A stretch of 51,206 bases of DNA, filler included, from Deltaproteobacteria bacterium (GTDB lineage: Bacteria; Myxococcota; JACRCW01), in NCBI GenBank assembly GCA_016218805.1. It is 2 parts of 2 records of this genome, joined end to end, with 100 filler letters (N's around TTAATTAATTAA, not from the genome) between each part and the next. Parts side by side here need not be neighbours in the genome. Positions count along the whole stretch, not along the records: positions 19,867 to 51,206 come from JACRCW010000048.1; 1 more part is not named here. The stretch is one strand, 5' to 3'. Below the pieces are notes generated by a model that saw only the letters and a list, made by a program, of their open reading frames with translations, was not told the DNA's origin and ran no database searches. Positions within the stretch are counted from its first letter, which is position 1; the number at the start of each line of letters is the position of its first letter. The position numbers and the translations under genes were made by a program. Positions 47,690 to 51,206 of the stretch are shown here, piece by piece.

Positions 47690-47811
47690 GCGCGCGGGCA
47701 GTACCGGCCTTGTGGACCCCGTGCCAAGCGGACCGCCGAGGTTTTCTGGAGATCCCGTGGCCGCTCACTACACTCGGTGGGCTGGACCTTGCTCGGGAGC
47801 GGAACTTGGCC

Positions 47812-50800
47812 ATGGGTCGCGTTTCACCTGCGCATGTCTTTGCGCTGCTTGTGGCGGCCGGGTGCCTGGACGGCGGCGTGGCCCGCGTGGAGTTGGCGGA
47901 GGAACCGGGGGGCGCCGCGCTGGTGCCCGCGGGTCTGTGGCCGTCCTGGCTGGGCGGCGCGTCCCACGCGGGCGCGGGCACAGTGCTGGGCGCGGTGGAT
48001 GGGCAGGTGCGCTGGTCCGCCACGCTGGGGAGCACGTTTGGCGGGTCTCCGGCCGTCGCGGCCGACGGCACGGTGTACGTGCAGGACAACGCGCGCGTGC
48101 AATCGTTCACCGCAAACGGGTCGCTGCGCTGGCGGTTTGCGCTCGCGGGGGCACCCGCGGTGGCCGTGCCCGTCGTGGGTGATGACGGTGCGGTGTACGC
48201 GGCGGGCGCGGAGATCGTGCGGCTCACGTCGTCAGGCACCGCCAGCTGGCGGGTCACACCGTCCTGCACGGTGAATCAGCCCCCGGCCGCCGCGGGCCGT
48301 TTCCTCGTCGTGCCGCAGCAATGCGGGCTTGCCGCGTACAACCCCGCGGATGGCAGCGTGGCGTGGACCTACTCGGACGGCCCCTCCATGGACCCGACGT
48401 CGGCCGCCGTGGGCGCGGATGGGACCGCCTACTTTGTCACTGGCGCCCTGGCGGCGCGGCCGGGAATCCTGCACGCGGTGTCGTCCACGGGTACCGGACG
48501 CTGGCGTGCGGACCTCGGGCCCGAGGGAAGTCCGGCCCCATTGGTCACCGCGGACGGGCGCATTGCCGTCGTAGGCGGAGACGGCAGTTTCCAGCTGTTT
48601 GAGTCCACCGGGACGCTGGCCATGCAGGTTCCGCTGGGCAGCACGGCGTGCGCGGGGCGAGGTTCCGTCGCGGGCGGTCTTGCGCAGGCACTGGACGGGA
48701 CCTTCCGCGTCCCTGTGTGTGATGCGGCGGGCGGCGGCGTGCTTGTTGCGCTGGATGCCAACGGGAGTGAGCTGTGGCGCGTCTCCATTGGGAACGTGGA
48801 GGCCCCGGCTCCGGCGGTGGCGGCGGACGGGACCACGTATCTGGCCAACCTGGCGGGCACGGTGGCCGCGCTGGCGGTGGATGGCAGCCGCAGTTGGCAG
48901 GTGTCGCTCGGCGCGGTCCGGGGCGGCGTGGCGCTTGGGCTGGGCGGGACCGTCCTGGTGGTGGACACGGCCGGCCGGCTCAACGCGCTGGGGTCCGCGT
49001 GCGTGCCGCAGTGTTGGGGACGTGACTGCGGACCCAACGGTTGCGGCGGCAGCTGCGGCGCGTGTTCCCTTCCGCCCCAGTGCGCCACGGGGCCTGGCCT
49101 GTGTGACACCGCCATGGGGACGTGCGCCTATCCATCCGCCGTGGAGGGTTCCTCCTGCTCGGACGGGGACGGGTGCACCGCCGGTGACGCGTGCCGTGGC
49201 GGACAGTGCACCGGGGCCGCGCTGTTGTGTGACGACTGGATACCGTGCACGTCCGACGCGTGCACGCCAGACCTGTCCCGCATGGTTTCGTCAACGAACG
49301 TGCCGTTCCTGGACATCAGCACCTCCGGCACGCCCTCCGTCAGCGGCGACGACGTCCTCAGCACGCCGGTTCCGCTGGGATTCACGCTGGACCTGTTCGG
49401 CACGCCGGTGACCGCGGTTGCCCTGTCCACCAACGGGTTTGTGACGACGGGCATCTCCGATGCGTTTGACAACGCCGCCCTGCCCAGTGCGGCGGCGCCC
49501 AACGGCCTGCTGGCGCCGTTCTGGGATGACCTGAACGTGCCGCCGGGGGCGCTGCGGTATCAACGCGTGGGACGGGCACCCAACCGTCGCTTCATTGTGC
49601 AATGGACGGCGGTGCAATGGATGACGCGGTTCGGCCCCAACTTCCTCTCCAGTCTGACCTTCCAGCTCATCGTTTCTGAGGGGAACAACGTTGAGTTCCG
49701 CTACCTGCGCCTGGCCCCGCAGACGCGGCCGCGCGCCCGCGGCAACAGCGCCACGGTGGGAATAGAGAGCCCCAGCGGAACCCAGGCGGCGCAGTTTTCC
49801 TTCAACACGGCCGCGCTGCGGGACGGAATGGGCGTGGCGTGGGACCGGACCGCGGGCGCGTGCACCAACCTGCCGGTTCCGGATGGCGCCGGGTGTGACG
49901 ACGGCGACCCGTGCACCACACCGGACCGCTGCCTGGGCGGCAACTGTTCCGGCGCGCCCATGTTGTGCACGGCCACGGGCGCCTGCGTGCAGGGCGCGTT
50001 CTGCGACCCGGCCACCGGCGCCTGCGCGACCCTCCCCGCCCCCGACGGAACGTCCTGCTCCACGGGCAACCGCTGCGAAACGGATGTCTGCCGCGCCGGG
50101 TCCTGCGTCCCCGTGTCCACCCTGACGTGCACGCCGCCAGACGCCTGCAACAACGCGCAATGTGACCCCACCACGGGGTCCTGCGTCACCACGCCCGAGC
50201 GCGTCGGCACGGTCTGCGACGACGGAAACCGCTGCACCACGCGCGACACCTGCGACGGGCTTGGCCGTTGCCTGGCGGGAGCGCCGCTGACGTGCCCGCC
50301 CGCTCCCGTGTGCAACGCGTCCGCGTGTGATCCGTCCACGGGTGGCTGCGTGACCACTCCGCAGACCGCGGGCACCGCGTGCGACGACGGGAACCGCTGC
50401 ACCACGCGCGACGCGTGTGATGGTCTGGGCCGGTGCGCAGCGGGCGCGCCGCTGGTGTGCCCACCTGCTCCCGTCTGCAACGCGTCCGCGTGTGATCCGG
50501 CCACGGGTGGCTGCGTGGCCTCTCCGCAGACCGCAGGCACCGCCTGCGACGACGGGAACCGCTGCACGATGCGCGACGTGTGTGATGGCCTGGGCCGCTG
50601 CGCAGCGGGCGCGCCGCTGGTGTGCCCGCCCGCTCCCGTCTGCAACACCTCCGCGTGCAACTCGACGACCGGCGCCTGCCTCATCGCCCCGATGGCGGAT
50701 GGCACGCCCTGCCCCGGCGGAACCTGCCGATTCGGCGCGTGCATGATTCCGCCCGACGCCGGCGTTCCCCCCGTCGACGCAGGCCCACGCTTTGACGCCG

Positions 50801-51206
50801 GCTCCCGCGACGCTGCCATCCCCTTCGACGCTGGCCCACGCTTTGACGCCGGCTCCCGTGACGCCGCCATTCCGTTCGACGCTGGCCCACGCTTTGACGC
50901 CGGCTCCCGTGACGCCGCCATTCCGTTCGACGCTGGCCCACGCTTTGACGCCGGCTCCCGCGACGCAGCCGTCCCCTTCGACGCCGGCCCACGCTTTGAC
51001 GCCGGCTCGCGCGACGCAGCCATCCCCTTCGACGCTGGCCCACGCTTTGACGCCGGCTCACGTGACGCCGCCGTCCCCTTCGACGCTGGACCACGCTTTG
51101 ACGCCGGCTCACGTGACGCCGCCGTCCCCTTCGACGCTGGACCACGCTTTGACGCCGGCTCACGTGACGCCGCCGTCCCCTTCGACGCTGGACCACGCTT
51201 TGACGC
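47812..51206 (+). CDS. Giant mosaic lipoprotein (PQQ-like propeller, Cys-rich linker, nidogen-like domain, CTDC-type Cys repeats, 17-aa repeats), 3' end beyond the window
   Basis: ATG 47812 MGRVSPAHVFALLVAAGC; the same frame was checked at 48181, 49021, 49501, 50221 and 50776; missing from the ORF track because it has no stop. Confidence 0.88.
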   Translation, partial: MGRVSPAHVFALLVAAGCLDGGVARVELAEEPGGAALVPAGLWPSWLGGASHAGAGTVLGAVDGQVRWSATLGSTFGGSPAVAADGTVYVQDNARVQSFTANGSLRWRFALAGAPAVAVPVVGDDGAVYAAGAEIVRLTSSGTASWRVTPSCTVNQPPAAAGRFLVVPQQCGLAAYNPADGSVAWTYSDGPSMDPTSAAVGADGTAYFVTGALAARPGILHAVSSTGTGRWRADLGPEGSPAPLVTADGRIAVVGGDGSFQLFESTGTLAMQVPLGSTACAGRGSVAGGLAQALDGTFRVPVCDAAGGGVLVALDANGSELWRVSIGNVEAPAPAVAADGTTYLANLAGTVAALAVDGSRSWQVSLGAVRGGVALGLGGTVLVVDTAGRLNALGSACVPQCWGRDCGPNGCGGSCGACSLPPQCATGPGLCDTAMGTCAYPSAVEGSSCSDGDGCTAGDACRGGQCTGAALLCDDWIPCTSDACTPDLSRMVSSTNVPFLDISTSGTPSVSGDDVLSTPVPLGFTLDLFGTPVTAVALSTNGFVTTGISDAFDNAALPSAAAPNGLLAPFWDDLNVPPGALRYQRVGRAPNRRFIVQWTAVQWMTRFGPNFLSSLTFQLIVSEGNNVEFRYLRLAPQTRPRARGNSATVGIESPSGTQAAQFSFNTAALRDGMGVAWDRTAGACTNLPVPDGAGCDDGDPCTTPDRCLGGNCSGAPMLCTATGACVQGAFCDPATGACATLPAPDGTSCSTGNRCETDVCRAGSCVPVSTLTCTPPDACNNAQCDPTTGSCVTTPERVGTVCDDGNRCTTRDTCDGLGRCLAGAPLTCPPAPVCNASACDPSTGGCVTTPQTAGTACDDGNRCTTRDACDGLGRCAAGAPLVCPPAPVCNASACDPATGGCVASPQTAGTACDDGNRCTMRDVCDGLGRCAAGAPLVCPPAPVCNTSACNSTTGACLIAPMADGTPCPGGTCRFGACMIPPDAGVPPVDAGPRFDAGSRDAAIPFDAGPRFDAGSRDAAIPFDAGPRFDAGSRDAAIPFDAGPRFDAGSRDAAVPFDAGPRFDAGSRDAAIPFDAGPRFDAGSRDAAVPFDAGPRFDAGSRDAAVPFDAGPRFDAGSRDAAVPFDAGPRFD
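50146..50660 (+). repeat. 165-bp (55-aa) Cys-rich intragenic repeat, at least 3 copies
   Basis: TGCAAC unit starts at 50146, 50311, 50476 and 50641. Confidence 0.85.
50776..51206 (+). repeat. 51-bp coding tandem repeat (DAGPRFDAGSRDAA[I/V]PF), 8 full copies plus a partial copy, truncated by the window end
   Basis: Units start at 50776, 50827, 50878 ... 51184; differences are mainly synonymous, plus I/V. Confidence 0.95.

Noticed and set aside
50776..51206. Possible CRISPR array
   Set aside because: Contiguous 51-bp units with no unique spacers, in frame within a CDS, mainly synonymous variation, and no cas genes.

Overview
GC-rich bacterial DNA, most likely Myxococcota: it carries aglR/aglQ gliding-motor homologues, a MYXO-CTERM-like protein, Cys-rich lipoproteins, PilZ/TPR proteins and a Ser/Thr kinase. 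The window is two contigs joined at 19767-19866 by an N-padded TTAATTAATTAA linker, so adjacency across that point is unproven. About 46 CDSs are supportable, mostly housekeeping, envelope and surface genes: aglRQ(S), isovaleryl-CoA dehydrogenase, cysteine desulfurase, a SpoIID-domain protein, tolB, lysC-tolQRA, mlaE-mlaE-mlaF, dnaJ, clpX, NCS1 and DMT transporters. A >1130-aa repeat-rich lipoprotein runs off the right end and is absent from the ORF track. I saw no rRNA, tRNA, CRISPR array, transposase, integrase or recognisable defence system. Best leads: (1) a ~200-nt stand-alone transcription unit at ~12310-12505 (-) with a strong sigma70-type promoter, SD-like motifs, an 8-codon ORF, several hairpins and a terminator (candidate sRNA or micropeptide gene); (2) a SAM-methyltransferase fused to two Nudix-like domains; (3) an orphan PaoB/YagS-type FAD subunit coupled to a Cys-rich microprotein, followed by a LexA-box-preceded radical SAM gene (frameshifted) and a cysteine desulfurase; (4) strong TCGA depletion, which relaxes in the right-hand ~7 kb; (5) a GTAG-type REP doublet. 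All family assignments come from motif recognition by eye, not database searches.
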